A stretch of 64,000 bases of DNA, taken from assembly GCF_000027125.1 (NCBI RefSeq), contig NC_017626.1; one strand, written 5' to 3'. The notes beneath the pieces were generated by a model. It did no database searches, was not told the origin of the DNA, and saw only the letters and a program-made list of their open reading frames with translations. The stretch comes from Escherichia coli 042 (lineage in GTDB: Bacteria > Pseudomonadota > Gammaproteobacteria > Enterobacterales > Enterobacteriaceae). This document shows positions 11,218 through 23,748 of this stretch, one piece after another (position 1 is the stretch's first letter; every line of letters starts with the position of its first letter). A program made the position numbers and the translations under genes.

Positions 11218-12494
11218 TTCACCTCCCCGATGCGTTCAAGCACAGATTGCACCATCTGCATTCCCGTCTGACGTTCGCGACTGACGGCTTCGTTAAGTCG
11301 CGCGTTCAGCGCCGGAAGTTGGCCTAAGGTATCCGCAACCATCGCTTGCAGGCTGCCGTCCAGTAAATGACGGATATCAATTGCCATCTCTGGCAGCCCC
11401 AGCTGCTGCATAATCCCGGCGGATTTATGTTCATAGTTGATGGCAATCGCCGGAGTGGCAAAGTTCATCGAGATAATGGCTGAGTGCAGGCGCGTACCGA
11501 CGGTGAGTTCACTGGCACCGAGAATTTTGCCCATTTCCAGATCATTGAGTTCATCCATCACTACGTGGTAACGGGCAGGATCGCAGATGTGCTGGCGCAG
11601 ATTGAGCGCCACCATGCGGTCGTCTTTGTTATAGCTGTCGATGCCCGTACAGGTGGAGAGCGCAATGACCTGATAGCCTTCGTCGAGAATGCGATTGACC
11701 ACCCCGGCAAAGGCTTTTTCATACGCTTGTTGGGTGGTGCCGAGACGTTTGTCGAACGGTGCCAGTTCGCGCAGGGTAATTGCCACCGTTTTCTGTTGTG
11801 CGGCAACGTCCAGCCAGTGTTGAACGGCATAGCTGGCGGTGAAGTCTTCTGTGTGGTGATCGACCAGCCACGCGGTATCGACGCCATGTTCAACTTTTGC
11901 AGTGGAGATATTGCTGCGTTTCATCAAATCAAGGCTGACCGATTCGCGCAGGATCAGCGCATCGCAGTGACCAAAAACGTAGTTCGCCAGTTGGTTAAAT
12001 TGCTCATCCTGGAAGGGGCCGACGCTGTGACCAATCATAAACAGCGGCTTTTTCGCCATAAATGTGCAAAGCGCATGTTCAAACTGTGGCACGCCGTAGA
12101 GATCGACAAAAAACGATCCGCCGACCTGAATAATGGCGTCGTAACCTGACAGCAGGCGCACGAAGTCAGTGAATCCCTGGGCGATGGCGATATTACGCAA
12201 CTTGCCAGTGTCGGTGACGCGTGAGAGCAATACCTGATGCTGGTAGCGGCGACGGAGGACTTTTTTAACGCGCCCGACAACGCCCGCCACGCTGTTGTGT
12301 TGTTTCATTTGCAGGAACAGTGGATCGCCCATTACCGGGCGGTTGAGCAGCCAGGAAGAACTGACCGGATAGCGGCTCATCACGTCCACTTCGGCATGTG
12401 GATTGAGGATGTTGATGGCATCAAGTAAGCCGCGCAGGATGGCGCTGTCGCCACGATTGCCGCAAGTGTGGTTGCCCAGAATAAGTAATTTCAT
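11214..12494 (-). CDS. wcaK: colanic acid pyruvyl transferase WcaK
   Basis: 426 aa; 4-nt overlap with wcaL (translational coupling); conserved position. Confidence 0.88.
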   Translation of the reverse strand: MKLLILGNHTCGNRGDSAILRGLLDAINILNPHAEVDVMSRYPVSSSWLLNRPVMGDPLFLQMKQHNSVAGVVGRVKKVLRRRYQHQVLLSRVTDTGKLRNIAIAQGFTDFVRLLSGYDAIIQVGGSFFVDLYGVPQFEHALCTFMAKKPLFMIGHSVGPFQDEQFNQLANYVFGHCDALILRESVSLDLMKRSNISTAKVEHGVDTAWLVDHHTEDFTASYAVQHWLDVAAQQKTVAITLRELAPFDKRLGTTQQAYEKAFAGVVNRILDEGYQVIALSTCTGIDSYNKDDRMVALNLRQHICDPARYHVVMDELNDLEMGKILGASELTVGTRLHSAIISMNFATPAIAINYEHKSAGIMQQLGLPEMAIDIRHLLDGSLQAMVADTLGQLPALNARLNEAVSRERQTGMQMVQSVLERIGEVK

Positions 12495-12555
12495 TTTTTC
12501 CTCATAAATTTGATGCCAGGTGAAGCTGCGTTTGTTTTGTTCGTTGCCGCTTTTT

Positions 12556-12745
12556 GCCTGATGCGACGCTGGCGCGTCTTATCAGGCCTACAAGACCCGA
12601 GCACAGAACCGTAGGCCGGATAAGGCGTTCACGCCGCATCCGGCATTCAGTGCCTGATGCGACGCTGACGCGTCTTATCAGGCCTACAGGTCCCGAGCAC
12701 AGAACCGTAGGACGGATAAGGCGTTTTACGCCGCATCCGGCAACC
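12556..12745. repeat. REP/BIME cluster (several palindromic units) between wzxC and wcaK
   Basis: Repeated GCCTGATGCGACGCTGGCGCGTCTTATCAGGCCTAC and CCGGATAAGGCGT...CGCCGCATCCGGCA units in alternating orientation. Confidence 0.85.
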
Positions 12746-12769
12746 ATTGCCGGAACCGAAAACAACAAC

Positions 12770-14248
12770 TCACCCCGCCCGTAAAAGCATTTTCATTTTT
12801 TCGCTGCGACAAAACTGACGCTTCACTTCCACCACCAGCGGATGGCGCGACAGCACAATCATCACTACAAACGCCAGCACGCCTGCGGCTATTTGCACCG
12901 CCAGCAGCATCCCCAGCGCCAGTTGCCCTTTCAGCACAATGCCCAGCGCATAACTGACCACCAGCGTCGGCAGCGAGAGATAAAACGGCAGCCATAAACT
13001 CAGGATGTACTGGCGATAACTGGAACCGAGCACCGGTTTAATCATCACGAAGTAACTCAGAATGGTGTTGATAATCTGCACCAGCAGGAAGCCGAGCGTG
13101 ACGCCGATTGCGCCCGCCATTTGCCCACCTATAACAATCGCCGGAATAAACAGAAAGGTTTTGAATACGTTGAATTTAAAGCTGATATCGACCCGCGCTT
13201 TCGCCATCAGCAGCGAACCAATCGGGTTCCCCACTGAGCGCAGCAGCCCCACCACACACAGTAAATGCAGCACCGGAATAATGCTGTTCCACTTCTCACC
13301 AAAGACCAGCGGTACAAAGTTATTCGACACCACCATCAGCCCCAGCAGCGCCGGAAAGTTGATAATCCCCACCACCGACAGCAGCTTGTAGAAGTTGACG
13401 CGCAGCTTTTCGGTGTCGTCCTGAATTTTGGCAAATGCCGGAAACAACACGCGGGTGATGATCGGGTTCAGCTTCATCGGCGGCACAACGGCCACGTTGT
13501 ACGCCAGGTTGTATCCCCCTGCCACGCCCGCGCCAAGAATACGCGCCAGCACCAGCGTTGAAAGGTTGGTGTTGAGATAGTTGATGATGCTGTCCGCCGT
13601 CAGCCAGGCACCAAAACGTAAGTTCGGTGCTACCGACGCCAGCGAGAAGTGCAGACCGGGACGATAAATTTTGCGGCCAAAGTAGCCAAACAGCAGCGTT
13701 CTTACCGTACTATTGACCAGATAACCGAGGATCGCGGTCATCGCCAGCGGCCAGAAATGGGCGCTAACCACAGTAAAAGTGAAGCCCGCCAGCACCGCGC
13801 TGGTTTCGATCATGCCGATTTTGTTGAACTCCAGCTCCTTCTGCATCAACGCGCGGAACTGTTGCCCGTGGGGGATCACCACAAACGCCAGCGACAATGT
13901 TTTAATCAACGGTGCCAGGTCCGGGTTATTCAGCACGTCGCCGATGAGATCACTCAACAAAAACACCGCCACGCACACCACGATCCCCAGCCCGACGTTC
14001 AGCCAGTACAGCGTGGTGAGTTCAAGGTGGCTGATTTCTTTTCGCTGAATAATCGAGTTAGCGATACCGAAGTCAGAAAGCGTATCTGCCAGCGCGATAA
14101 TCACCAGCGACACAGTCAGCAGGCCGAACTGGTGGTTGTCGATAATCCGCGCCAGCACGGTCATCTGTACCAGCCCGAGGCCGATGATGATCACCGTGGC
14201 AATCGCCGACCACTTCGCGCCGCTGATGGTTTTTTCACGTAAGCTCAT
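12770..14248 (-). CDS. wzxC: colanic acid repeat-unit flippase WzxC
   Basis: 492 aa polytopic membrane protein; conserved position. Confidence 0.9.
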   Translation of the reverse strand: MSLREKTISGAKWSAIATVIIIGLGLVQMTVLARIIDNHQFGLLTVSLVIIALADTLSDFGIANSIIQRKEISHLELTTLYWLNVGLGIVVCVAVFLLSDLIGDVLNNPDLAPLIKTLSLAFVVIPHGQQFRALMQKELEFNKIGMIETSAVLAGFTFTVVSAHFWPLAMTAILGYLVNSTVRTLLFGYFGRKIYRPGLHFSLASVAPNLRFGAWLTADSIINYLNTNLSTLVLARILGAGVAGGYNLAYNVAVVPPMKLNPIITRVLFPAFAKIQDDTEKLRVNFYKLLSVVGIINFPALLGLMVVSNNFVPLVFGEKWNSIIPVLHLLCVVGLLRSVGNPIGSLLMAKARVDISFKFNVFKTFLFIPAIVIGGQMAGAIGVTLGFLLVQIINTILSYFVMIKPVLGSSYRQYILSLWLPFYLSLPTLVVSYALGIVLKGQLALGMLLAVQIAAGVLAFVVMIVLSRHPLVVEVKRQFCRSEKMKMLLRAG

Positions 14249-14249
14249 A

Positions 14250-15644
14250 TCAATATGCCGCTTTGTTAACGAAGCCTTTGAATACCGTCAGGAAAACGAT
14301 TTTGATATCGAACCAGACGCTCCATTCGCGGATGTACTCAAGGTCGAACTCGACGCGTTTTTCCATTTTCTCCAGCGTGTCGGTTTCGCCGCGCCAGCCA
14401 TTAATCTGCGCCCAGCCGGTAATGCCCGGTTTCACTTTATGGCGCAGCATGTAGCCTTCAATGAGCTGGCGATACTGTTCGTTATGCGCCACCGCGTGCG
14501 GACGTGGACCCACAATCGACATCCCCCCGGTCAGCACATTGATAAACTGCGGCAGTTCATCCAGCGAGGTGCGGCGCAGAAAGTTCCCCACTTTGGTGAC
14601 GCGCGGATCGTTCTGCGTCGCCTGGGTCACCACTTTGTCGTTCTCCATCACTTTCATGGAACGGAACTTCCACACTTTGATCGGCTTGCCATCCATGCCG
14701 TAGCGAGTCTGGCGGAAAATAACCGGCCCAGGTGAGCTCAGTTTCACCGCCAGCGCAATGCAGCACAGCACCGGGGAGATCAGCAGCAGGATAAGCGTCG
14801 CCAGCACAATGTCTTCCGCACGTTTGAGCAGGCGGTTAACCCCGGAAAGCGGCGTGTCGTAAAGCGGCACCACCGGAACGCCGTTCATCTCTTCAAGACG
14901 TGAATGAAGAATGTTGAAGGTAAAAACATCGGGGATCAGCAGCACCGAACAGGTGGTGTCCGCCAGTTGATGGACCAGTTTTTTCACTCGCGCGCCGTCG
15001 CACATCTGCATCGCGATATAGACGTTATGAATCTTGCCCGCTTTTGCATCCTCTACCAGCTGTTGCAGATTGCCCGCCCAGTCGTTAGAAACGCCGCCCG
15101 GTTTTGGGTCGTGGTATACGCCCACCACTTCAAACCCTAACCACGGCTGATTACGGAAGCTCTCCATCAGCATTTGTCCGGCGGCTAAATCCCCCGCCAC
15201 CGCGACCATCCGCTTGTTATAGCCATGATTACGCAGCCAGCCCGCCCCAATGCGAATACATGAACGGCAAACCACCAGTCCGATGCTGGTCAGCCCATAC
15301 AACGCCAGCCAGATTTTCAGTTGCGTGTCGAAATCATTGTTGAACGCCACCAGTCCGGCGCTGAAAATCACGCTTAAGGTCCAGTTTTGTAGCAACAGAG
15401 CAAATTCTGTCGCTGCCCGAACACCGCGCCATGAGCGATAAAAATCGGTGATGCCGCCCAGCATCTGGAACACCACCAGCGTAATCAGCGCCACCAACAG
15501 GTGCATGTAGAGGAATGACAGTCCGCTGACTTCGCAAACCAGCCATAGTCCGGCAAACATGATGGTGATATCTGAAAAGCGTTGCACCATAGAGATTAAC
15601 GATGCATTGGTTTTCGCTCGCTCGCGCTTTTTTAGATTTGTCAT
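14250..15644 (-). CDS. wcaJ: undecaprenyl-phosphate glucose-1-phosphate transferase WcaJ
   Basis: 464 aa; C-terminal sugar-transferase domain (…DELPQF…GPRP…) with N-terminal membrane segments. Confidence 0.9.
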   Translation of the reverse strand: MTNLKKRERAKTNASLISMVQRFSDITIMFAGLWLVCEVSGLSFLYMHLLVALITLVVFQMLGGITDFYRSWRGVRAATEFALLLQNWTLSVIFSAGLVAFNNDFDTQLKIWLALYGLTSIGLVVCRSCIRIGAGWLRNHGYNKRMVAVAGDLAAGQMLMESFRNQPWLGFEVVGVYHDPKPGGVSNDWAGNLQQLVEDAKAGKIHNVYIAMQMCDGARVKKLVHQLADTTCSVLLIPDVFTFNILHSRLEEMNGVPVVPLYDTPLSGVNRLLKRAEDIVLATLILLLISPVLCCIALAVKLSSPGPVIFRQTRYGMDGKPIKVWKFRSMKVMENDKVVTQATQNDPRVTKVGNFLRRTSLDELPQFINVLTGGMSIVGPRPHAVAHNEQYRQLIEGYMLRHKVKPGITGWAQINGWRGETDTLEKMEKRVEFDLEYIREWSVWFDIKIVFLTVFKGFVNKAAY

Positions 15645-15698
15645 CGTTGTTCCTGTTATTAGCCCCTTACCCGCAGTGGGGTAAGGGAAGATCCGACA

Positions 15699-17069
15699 TT
15701 ACTCGTTCAGCAACGTCAGCAGAGTTCGCGTTCTCGCTTCCATCAGCGGCACATCACCGCGTGATTCCACATTCAACCGCACCACCGGTTCGGTGTTGGA
15801 GGAGCGCAGGTTAAAGCGCCAGTCGGCAAAGGTCATACTGATGCCATCGGTGCGATCCACCGCCAGCGCCTCGCGGCTAAAATGCTGTTCCACGCGATTA
15901 ATTGCCTCAACGGGTTGCGCCAGTTTGCTGTTGATCTCACCGCTTGCCGGAAACGCTGCCATCCGGTCGCGCACCAGTTCGCCCAGCGTTTTCCCTTTCA
16001 GGCACACCAGTTCGGCGACCAGCAGCCACGGGATCATGCCGCTGTCGCAGTAGGCAAAATCACGGAAGTAATGGTGGGCGCTCATTTCGCCACCGTAGAT
16101 GGCGTCTTCCTTGCGCATCCGTTCTTTAATAAAGGCGTGTCCGGTTTTCGACATTACCGGGGTGCCGCCTGCGGCCGTCACCACATCAACGGTGTTCCAG
16201 GAGAGACGCGGATCGTGGATGATCTTCGCGCCGGGATTTTTTTCGAGGAACGCTTCTGCCAGCAGGCCGACAATGTAGTAGCCCTCGATAAACTGCCCTT
16301 TTTCGTCAAACAGAAAACAGCGGTCAAAATCGCCATCAAAGGCAATGCCCATATCCGCGCCGTGTTTGATGACCGCATTGCGGGTGTCGTCGCGGCATTC
16401 CGGCAGCAATGGATTAGGAATACCGTTGGGGAAATTGCCGTCCGGCGTGTTGTGTACTTTGATGAATTCCACCGGTGCGCCGAGGGCGTTAAAGCGGGCT
16501 TCGATGGCGTCCACCACCGGACCCGCCGCGCCGTTCCCGGAGTTAATCACCAGCTTGAGCGGCGTGAGGTTTTTGACGTTGATATAACCGAACAGGTGAT
16601 CAACGTAAGCGTCACGCAGATTGATTTGCTGATAGCGACCGCGTTTGGTTTCATCGACAGGAGGGAAGTCATTGGCTTCTGCCAGGCGCTGGACGTCGCG
16701 CAGTCCGGTATCACCGCTGATCGGGCGAGCCCCTTCGCGCACCAGCTTCATGCCGTTGTAATCCATCGGGTTATGGCTGGCGGTAACTTCGATGCCGCCA
16801 TCCACGCCGAGATGGAACGTGGCGAAATAAATCTCTTCGGTGCCGGACATGCCAATATCCAGCACATCGACGCCCGCATCCTGTAAACCTTTCGCCAGCG
16901 CCAGTTTTAAGGTTTCGCTGGTGAGGCGGACATCACCGCCTAACACAATAGTTTTCGGTTTGAGAAATTCGCCATAGGCGCGACCAATGCGCCAGGCAAT
17001 ATTTTCATTCAGTTCTTCGCCTAATTTCCCGCGAATATCATAGGCTTTAAAGCAGGTTAATTTTTTCAT
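15699..17069 (-). CDS. cpsG: phosphomannomutase
   Basis: TASHNP active-site motif; start trimmed to [14 protein letters not shown] (ATG at 17069), giving 456 aa. Confidence 0.9.
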   Translation of the reverse strand: MKKLTCFKAYDIRGKLGEELNENIAWRIGRAYGEFLKPKTIVLGGDVRLTSETLKLALAKGLQDAGVDVLDIGMSGTEEIYFATFHLGVDGGIEVTASHNPMDYNGMKLVREGARPISGDTGLRDVQRLAEANDFPPVDETKRGRYQQINLRDAYVDHLFGYINVKNLTPLKLVINSGNGAAGPVVDAIEARFNALGAPVEFIKVHNTPDGNFPNGIPNPLLPECRDDTRNAVIKHGADMGIAFDGDFDRCFLFDEKGQFIEGYYIVGLLAEAFLEKNPGAKIIHDPRLSWNTVDVVTAAGGTPVMSKTGHAFIKERMRKEDAIYGGEMSAHHYFRDFAYCDSGMIPWLLVAELVCLKGKTLGELVRDRMAAFPASGEINSKLAQPVEAINRVEQHFSREALAVDRTDGISMTFADWRFNLRSSNTEPVVRLNVESRGDVPLMEARTRTLLTLLNE

Positions 17070-17170
17070 ATCGTTACCCTTTTTCAGGCAATAGTTGGCC
17101 CTGACCGAAACGGCCAATTTTGTTTTTGTCGTTATTTACCGGAGAATTAATCCGGTTGATTATTCAACTG

Positions 17171-18607
17171 CTACACCCGTCCGTAGCGATCCGCGAAGCG
17201 CACCACATCATCCTCTTCGAGGTAAGACCCGGAGCGCACTTCAATTAAATCGAGTGGAATTTTCCCCGGGTTTTCCAGGCAGTGCGTCGCCCCCAGCGGA
17301 ATATAAATCGACTCGTTTTCACCAAGCAGTTTGATATCACCGTCAATAGTGACTTTTGCCGTTCCTGCGACAACCACCCAGTGTTCCGCGCGGTGATGGT
17401 GCATCTGTACCGACAAACCCTCGCCCGGTTTCACGGTGATGCGTTTCACCTGGTAGCGGTCGCCCGCGTCGATAGAGTCATATTTGCCCCACGGGCGATA
17501 CACTTCGCGATGCACCCGATGCTCATGGCGACCGTCGGCTTTGATCTGCTCGACCACTTTTTTCACATCCTGCACCGCGTTACGGTCGGCAATCAGCACC
17601 GCATCTTTGGTCTGCACCACTACCAGATCTTTCACCCCGACGGTGGTGACCAGGCCAGATTCGGCGTACACATAGCTGTTTTCAGTTTTGTGATTAATCA
17701 CATCGCCGTGGCAAACGTTGCCCTCGGCGGTGTGGGCGCTGATCTCCCATAATGAAGACCAGGAACCGACATCGCTCCAGCCCGCATCCATCGGCACCAC
17801 AACGGCATCTGCCGTACGTTCCATGACCGCGTAATCCACAGACTCTTCCGGGCAGGCGAGAAACGCTTCTTCATCCACACGAATAAAATCGAGATCCGGA
17901 TCGACGGCGCTCATCGCTTTTTCACAGGCGTCGAGAATATCCGGGCGATATTTTTTCAGCTCTTCTAGATAGCGTCCGGCGCGGAACAGGAACATACCGC
18001 TGTTCCAGTAATATTCGCCGCTTGCCACATAGGCCTGAGCGGTTTCCAGATTCGGTTTTTCGACAAACTGCGCCACTTCAAAGGCCACCGTATCCTGCTC
18101 ACCCGCCGACACTTCACCGCGACGAATATAGCCATATCCGGTTTCAGGTAGATCCGGCACAATGCCGAAGGTCACCAGCTTGCCTGCTTCGGCATACGGC
18201 ATGGCGTTACGCACGGCGGCACGGAACGCGTCTTCGTCGGCAATCACATGATCCGCTGCCAGCACCAGCATTAATGGGTCGCTCTCCGGGCTATGACGTT
18301 TTGCCGCCAGCGCCGCCAGCGCAATGGCAGGTGCAGTGTTACGCCCTGCCGGTTCGAGAATAATGTTCTCGGTGAGTTTGTTCAGTTGACGCAGCTGTTC
18401 CGCGACAATAAAGCGGTGCTGCTCATTGCAAATCACCACCGGGCTTTCGCACTCCACGCCGTTCAGGCGGCAGATGGTGGTTTGCAGCATGGTGAGATCG
18501 CCTTTCAGGCATAAAAACTGCTTGGGGTAAAGTACGCGGGAAAGCGGCCATAAGCGGCTCCCGGAGCCACCTGCCATCACAACTGGATAGAGTTTCGACT
18601 GCGCCAT
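17171..18607 (-). CDS. cpsB: mannose-1-phosphate guanylyltransferase
   Basis: 478 aa; [14 protein letters not shown] nucleotidyltransferase motif. Confidence 0.9.
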   Translation of the reverse strand: MAQSKLYPVVMAGGSGSRLWPLSRVLYPKQFLCLKGDLTMLQTTICRLNGVECESPVVICNEQHRFIVAEQLRQLNKLTENIILEPAGRNTAPAIALAALAAKRHSPESDPLMLVLAADHVIADEDAFRAAVRNAMPYAEAGKLVTFGIVPDLPETGYGYIRRGEVSAGEQDTVAFEVAQFVEKPNLETAQAYVASGEYYWNSGMFLFRAGRYLEELKKYRPDILDACEKAMSAVDPDLDFIRVDEEAFLACPEESVDYAVMERTADAVVVPMDAGWSDVGSWSSLWEISAHTAEGNVCHGDVINHKTENSYVYAESGLVTTVGVKDLVVVQTKDAVLIADRNAVQDVKKVVEQIKADGRHEHRVHREVYRPWGKYDSIDAGDRYQVKRITVKPGEGLSVQMHHHRAEHWVVVAGTAKVTIDGDIKLLGENESIYIPLGATHCLENPGKIPLDLIEVRSGSYLEEDDVVRFADRYGRV

Positions 18608-18609
18608 AA

Positions 18610-19833
18610 TTATCCCCGAATATCATTTATAAATTGACGTAACACGTTCTCTTTATCGAGCGTGCGTTCGGCATATTCACGTGCCACCGTGTTGTGTTTG
18701 GGCAGCAGGAGCGCCTGACGAATCCCCGCCACCAGCGCCTCGACCGATTCCGGTTCAACGCAAACCGCAATGCCCGGAAAGGTTTCGCAAAGGTGTCCCA
18801 GTTCGGTGTGAGCTTCTGCGGTAATCACCGCGTTGCCGCCTACCGCCAGAATATTGGTCAGTTTCGACGGCAATACGGCATCCGCCGCGCCGCGTTTTTG
18901 CACCACCAGATGGCAATCGCCCATCTTCAGCAGTGCGGGTAAAGCGTCATACGATTGCAGCGGGAAGAATTGCATGTTGCGCAGTCCACGCTGTTGCGCC
19001 ATTTTTTCCAGTCGCGCTTTGCCGCCGCCCTGCCCGACAATGGCAAAAATCAGCGGTTCATCACGCAGGCGTTCGGCAGCTTCAATAACGTTTTCCAGCC
19101 CCTGCTTTTCACCAATATTGCCGGAGTAAAGAATGATTTTTTTGTTATCCGGCAGGCCAAGCTGGTTACGAAGGGCATCAACATCGGCCTCTGCGACATG
19201 CTGAAAACGGGTAATTTCTGACCAGTTGGGGAAGAAGATGACGTTTTCTGCCGCCACGCCTTTTTCGATGGCTTTATTCATCATCGAACGCGAAATCGTG
19301 GAGACGTTATCGACGTTATGCAGTCCGCTACGTTCGAACGCCGTTGCCAGCTGTGCCACTTTGCCGCCTTTGCCTTTTCCGGCAAGGCCCAGCCCCAGCA
19401 TGGCGTCCACTTCGTAATCCTGAATATGCAGCACGGTACGCGCGCCAGAGAGTTTCGCCAGCAGGCGCATTCCCGGCGTGCAAAACAGCGTTGGCACTAC
19501 GCCGATAATGCGATCCGGCTTCCAGCGACGTTGCGCCATCAACGGGAAAAAACTGCTGGCGGCAAAACTGCCGAGATGCAACAGGCGTTTCAGGGTGCTC
19601 GGCTGTTTTGGCACGTACAGCGGGCAGCGCCACACCGTGGCGGCCCCCTCTTCTCGTTTGTACCGCCAGGCGGAATAGTTCTCGCCCACCTGCCATTGCG
19701 GGTAGTAAGGCGGTGCGGTAATAACCCGCACCTCATGACCTTGTGCCGCCAGCCATTCCACCATCTCTCCGGTGTATTTGCCGATACCGGTTAACTCCGG
19801 CGAGTAGTTAATGCCGTAGACCAGTATTTTCAT
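18610..19833 (-). CDS. wcaI: colanic acid glycosyltransferase WcaI
   Basis: 407 aa GT4-like protein; conserved position. Confidence 0.88.
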   Translation of the reverse strand: MKILVYGINYSPELTGIGKYTGEMVEWLAAQGHEVRVITAPPYYPQWQVGENYSAWRYKREEGAATVWRCPLYVPKQPSTLKRLLHLGSFAASSFFPLMAQRRWKPDRIIGVVPTLFCTPGMRLLAKLSGARTVLHIQDYEVDAMLGLGLAGKGKGGKVAQLATAFERSGLHNVDNVSTISRSMMNKAIEKGVAAENVIFFPNWSEITRFQHVAEADVDALRNQLGLPDNKKIILYSGNIGEKQGLENVIEAAERLRDEPLIFAIVGQGGGKARLEKMAQQRGLRNMQFFPLQSYDALPALLKMGDCHLVVQKRGAADAVLPSKLTNILAVGGNAVITAEAHTELGHLCETFPGIAVCVEPESVEALVAGIRQALLLPKHNTVAREYAERTLDKENVLRQFINDIRG

Positions 19834-20309
19834 AATCCGGGTACTCCGGCACGCTTCTCAGCGAGAAAATAGGCGCGGCTGTTAGCGTGAACATTGTCAC
19901 TGGCGAGCAGTGCATCCGGCGTCAGCCAGCGGTAATCGTCATGCTGCTCATCCGGCAGTAACAGCTCTTCTTCCGATACTCTGAAGCGAAAACCGAGCAC
20001 CACATAGTGAGTGGTGAAATCCGTGCCGGAGAAGTTATCGTCATAAAAGTGCTGCCAGACACCGTAAAACTGGCCTGCTGTTATCGGCAGACGCAGCCCC
20101 AGTTCCGCCATCGTCAGCCGCTCAAATGCGGCTTCCAGCGTTTCGTCTTTCTGCACGCGCCCTCCCGGCACAAACCAGTAACCCTGCGCCGGGCGGTTGG
20201 TTCTTTTGCCAAGCAGAAACTCGCCGCGACTGTTCTCGACAATAAAATCGAGAGAGACAAGCGGAGTGGAGCGCACTACCGTGGCAAAGTCTTCCTGACG
20301 TAAAAACAT
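19830..20309 (-). CDS. gmm: GDP-mannose mannosyl hydrolase (Nudix)
   Basis: Nudix-family protein; start taken at the second Met (MFLRQEDF...), 159 aa; 4-nt overlap with wcaI. Confidence 0.85.
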   Translation of the reverse strand: MFLRQEDFATVVRSTPLVSLDFIVENSRGEFLLGKRTNRPAQGYWFVPGGRVQKDETLEAAFERLTMAELGLRLPITAGQFYGVWQHFYDDNFSGTDFTTHYVVLGFRFRVSEEELLLPDEQHDDYRWLTPDALLASDNVHANSRAYFLAEKRAGVPGL

Positions 20310-20311
20310 CA

Positions 20312-21277
20312 TTACCCCCGAAAGCGGTCTTGATTCTCAAGGAACCACTGGTAAGTGCTGGCAAGCCCCGCTTCCAGTGAGATTTCGTGATACCAGCCAA
20401 GCTGATGCAGGCGCGTCACATCCAGCAGTTTGCGCGGTGTGCCATCTGGTTTGCTGGCATCAAAAACCACCCGACCTTTGTAACCCACCACTTTGGCGAT
20501 GGTTTGCGCCAGCTCGCGGATAGTGCAGTCAACGCCCGTGCCGACGTTAATGTGCGACAGCATCGGCTGGGTGTTCTCCAGCCAGACTTCGTGCGCCAGC
20601 TCCATGACATGAATGCTCGCCGCCGCCATATCATCGACATGCAGAAATTCGCGCATCGGTGTACCGCTGCCCCACACCACCACGTCCGGCGCATTCTGTG
20701 CCGTCGCCTCGTGGAAGCGACGCAGCAATGCAGGGATCACATGCGAATTACTCGGGTGGAAGTTGTCGTGTGGCCCGTACAGGTTGGTCGGCATGACCGA
20801 GCGGTAATCGCGTCCGTACTGACGGTTGTAAGATTCGCACAGTTTGATCCCGGCGATTTTGGCAATGGCATAAGGCTCGTTGGTCGGCTCCAGCGTACCC
20901 TGCAACAACTCGCTTTCTGCCATCGGCTGTTTTGCCAGTTTCGGGTAGATACAGGACGATCCGAGAAACAGCAGTTTGTTCACGTCGTTCTGATGCGCGG
21001 CGTGAATGATGTTGCTCTCAATCATCATGTTCTGATAGATGAAATCCGCCGGATACGTGTTGTTGGCGACAATGCCGCCCACTTTCGCCGCCGCCAGATA
21101 GACCTGGTCAATGCTTTCGCTGGCAAAGAAATCATGCACCGCCCGGCTGTCCAGCAGGTTCAGCTCGTCGCGGGTGCGTAATACCAGTTCCACATCACCG
21201 CGCTGTTCGAGCTGCCGCCTGATGGCAGAACCGACCATCCCGCGATGGCCAGCGATAAAAATGCGTTGTCTACTCAT
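20312..21277 (-). CDS. fcl: GDP-L-fucose synthase
   Basis: 321 aa; N-terminal Rossmann motif [14 protein letters not shown] of the SDR family. Confidence 0.9.
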   Translation of the reverse strand: MSRQRIFIAGHRGMVGSAIRRQLEQRGDVELVLRTRDELNLLDSRAVHDFFASESIDQVYLAAAKVGGIVANNTYPADFIYQNMMIESNIIHAAHQNDVNKLLFLGSSCIYPKLAKQPMAESELLQGTLEPTNEPYAIAKIAGIKLCESYNRQYGRDYRSVMPTNLYGPHDNFHPSNSHVIPALLRRFHEATAQNAPDVVVWGSGTPMREFLHVDDMAAASIHVMELAHEVWLENTQPMLSHINVGTGVDCTIRELAQTIAKVVGYKGRVVFDASKPDGTPRKLLDVTRLHQLGWYHEISLEAGLASTYQWFLENQDRFRG

Positions 21278-21279
21278 GC

Positions 21280-22401
21280 TTATGACTCCAGCGCGATCGC
21301 CACGTCGTAGCCGTGAGATTTCAGCAGAGAGTGTTTTTTCGCCGCTTCGAGGTCATTAGCCACCATTTCAGACACCATCTCTCTGAGGGTGATTTCCGGT
21401 TTCCAGCCCAGTTTTTCGTGCGCTTTGGTCGGGTCACCGAGCAGCGTTTCAACTTCTGCCGGACGGAAGTAACGCGGATCAACGGCGATAATCACATCAC
21501 CCGGTTTAACGCCCGGCGCGTCATGCCCGGTGACGGAAACCACAATGCCCTTCTCTTCAACACCCGTGCCTTCAAAGCGCAGTTTGATGCCCAGCTGTGC
21601 TGCCGCCATTTCCACGAACTGACGTACGGAGTACTGAACGCCGGTCGCGATAACGAAATCTTCCGGCTGTTCCTGTTGCAGCATCATCCACTGCATTTTT
21701 ACGTAGTCTTTGGCGTGGCCCCAGTCACGCAGGGAATCCATATTGCCGAGGTACAGGCACGACTCCAGCCCCTGGGCGATGTTGGCGATTGCGCGGGTGA
21801 TTTTGCGGGTAACGAAGGTTTCGCCGCGGCGCGGGGATTCATGGTTGAAGAGAATACCGTTACAGGCATACATGCCGTAGGATTCGCGGTAGTTAACGGT
21901 GATCCAGTAGGCATACAGTTTGGCGACCGCATACGGAGAGCGTGGATAGAACGGCGTGGTTTCTTTCTGCGGAATTTCCTGCACCAGACCATACAGTTCA
22001 GAGGTGGAAGCCTGATAGAAACGGGTTTTCTTTTCCAGACCGAGGAAGCGGATCGCCTCCAGCAGGCGCAGCGTACCCATCGCATCGACGTCTGCGGTAT
22101 ATTCCGGTGACTCAAAAGAAACCGCAACGTGGCTCATTGCGCCCAGGTTGTACACTTCATCCGGCTGCACTTCACGCAAAATGCGCGTCAGGTTGGAGGT
22201 ATCACTCAGGTCGCCATAATGCAGATGGAATTTCGGGTTGCAGGTGTGCGGATCCTGATAAATGTGATCCACGCGCTCGGTGTTGAATGACGATGCACGA
22301 CGCTTAATACCATGCACCTCGTAACCTTTTTCCAGCAGAAACTCTGCCAGGTAAGAACCGTCTTGTCCGGTTACACCGGTGATGAGAGCGACTTTTGACA
22401 T
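21280..22401 (-). CDS. gmd: GDP-mannose 4,6-dehydratase
   Basis: 373 aa; [19 protein letters not shown] Rossmann motif. Confidence 0.92.
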
Positions 22402-22427
22402 GTCTTATTCCTCTGTATTTTTTGAAT

Positions 22428-22976
22428 TTATTCAGTTTCAACGCGTTCGCGTATCACCACTGCGGGATTCCCCCGGCAAACCACATTTGCCGGAAGCGAT
22501 TTAAAAACACTGCTTCGCGCACCCACGACGGTGCCGTCGCCAATCGTGACGCCAGGCGCGACAAAGACATCGGTTGCCAGCCAGCATTTCTCGCCAATCA
22601 CAATAGGCGTGGCGTTAATGGTGAAATGTTGACTTGCATGGTCGTGGCTCCCGGTGCATAAATAACTTTTTTGCGATATCACCGAATGTGCGCCAATGGT
22701 TATTTCACCGAGGGTATATAAATTGACGTCATCGCCGACCCACGCGTAATCACCTAAGGTTAATTTCCACGGATAGGTAATTTTTACTGACGGACGAATA
22801 ACTACGTTTTTTCCTATTTTTGCGCCGAATAAACGTAATAAAAATGCCCGCCAGCGATACAATACTTGTGGCGACCAGGCAAATATTGTTGCCTGTACTG
22901 CCCACCACAATTGCACTTTAATAGCGTTGCCACCCCGGAACCCTTTCGGCACCGAGAATCCACTTAAATCCTGCAT
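22428..22976 (-). CDS. wcaF: colanic acid acetyltransferase WcaF (hexapeptide-repeat)
   Basis: 182 aa with left-handed beta-helix hexapeptide repeats. Confidence 0.88.
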   Translation of the reverse strand: MQDLSGFSVPKGFRGGNAIKVQLWWAVQATIFAWSPQVLYRWRAFLLRLFGAKIGKNVVIRPSVKITYPWKLTLGDYAWVGDDVNLYTLGEITIGAHSVISQKSYLCTGSHDHASQHFTINATPIVIGEKCWLATDVFVAPGVTIGDGTVVGARSSVFKSLPANVVCRGNPAVVIRERVETE

Positions 22977-22991
22977 CGTTTTCCCTTATAT

Positions 22992-23738
22992 TCAGCTTTT
23001 GTTATATAAGGCTTTCGTCTTTGAGGTAGTACGTTGGCGTAAATGCCAGGATAATTCTGCCCAGAAGCCAGGCACATGTAATATCTGCCGTTGGACTTTT
23101 TTGGCGTCAGCACATAATTCCATATTATTGGTGGTAGATACTCCACCCATAGAAAATTCAGACACCAGGCCATTGAGTTTTCTAAATGCATAACCAGCTT
23201 TATACATTTTGGCTGCCAGCGCGTAATCGGAAGAAACTTTATATTCCAGGTCATAACGCCATTTTTTCAAGCCGGATACCGGAAAAAATATCGCCTGATG
23301 ACTGGCGGGCAGGCTGTGATAAATATACCAGCCCGGTTTGGCGCTACGTTTAATTTTATGCCCGTCGCCAAAATCCAGCAGCGCATCGCCGGTGATCATC
23401 ACGTTATCTTTTTGCACTTTTAACTTACGGACAAAATTTGCGGCATCCTGATGAAAAATATCGCCTGAATTGAGAAACAGCGCGAACTTGCCTTGCGCCA
23501 TTTCAATACCTTTGTTCATGGCGTCGTAGATACCGTTATCTGGTTCGCTGACAAAGCGTAGGTTATAGATACCATTGAGATTTTCCAGATACTCACGGGT
23601 ACCGTCGTTGGAACCGCCATCGACAACAATCCATTCGAAGCTGATATCGTCCGCCTGCGCCAGATGCGCCAGAGAGGCGTGTGTTTTGACTATCCCTTCG
23701 AGGTTACGAAACGCGACAGTGATTATGCTAAGCAACAT
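22992..23738 (-). CDS. wcaE: colanic acid glycosyltransferase WcaE (GT2)
   Basis: 248 aa; GT2-like N-terminus (…[10 protein letters not shown]…). Confidence 0.88.
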   Translation of the reverse strand: MLLSIITVAFRNLEGIVKTHASLAHLAQADDISFEWIVVDGGSNDGTREYLENLNGIYNLRFVSEPDNGIYDAMNKGIEMAQGKFALFLNSGDIFHQDAANFVRKLKVQKDNVMITGDALLDFGDGHKIKRSAKPGWYIYHSLPASHQAIFFPVSGLKKWRYDLEYKVSSDYALAAKMYKAGYAFRKLNGLVSEFSMGGVSTTNNMELCADAKKVQRQILHVPGFWAELSWHLRQRTTSKTKALYNKS

Positions 23739-23748
23739 GTTCTTATTC

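Noticed and set aside
15882-16886. Long plus-strand ORF (334 aa) antisense to cpsG, and similar antisense ORFs such as 11484-12149, 20387-21181, 21313-22110, 28391-28951, 51891-52571 and 60626-61699
   Set aside because: They lie wholly inside well-supported genes on the opposite strand, have low-complexity Arg/His/Gln-rich products, and are the usual open antisense frames of GC-rich coding DNA.
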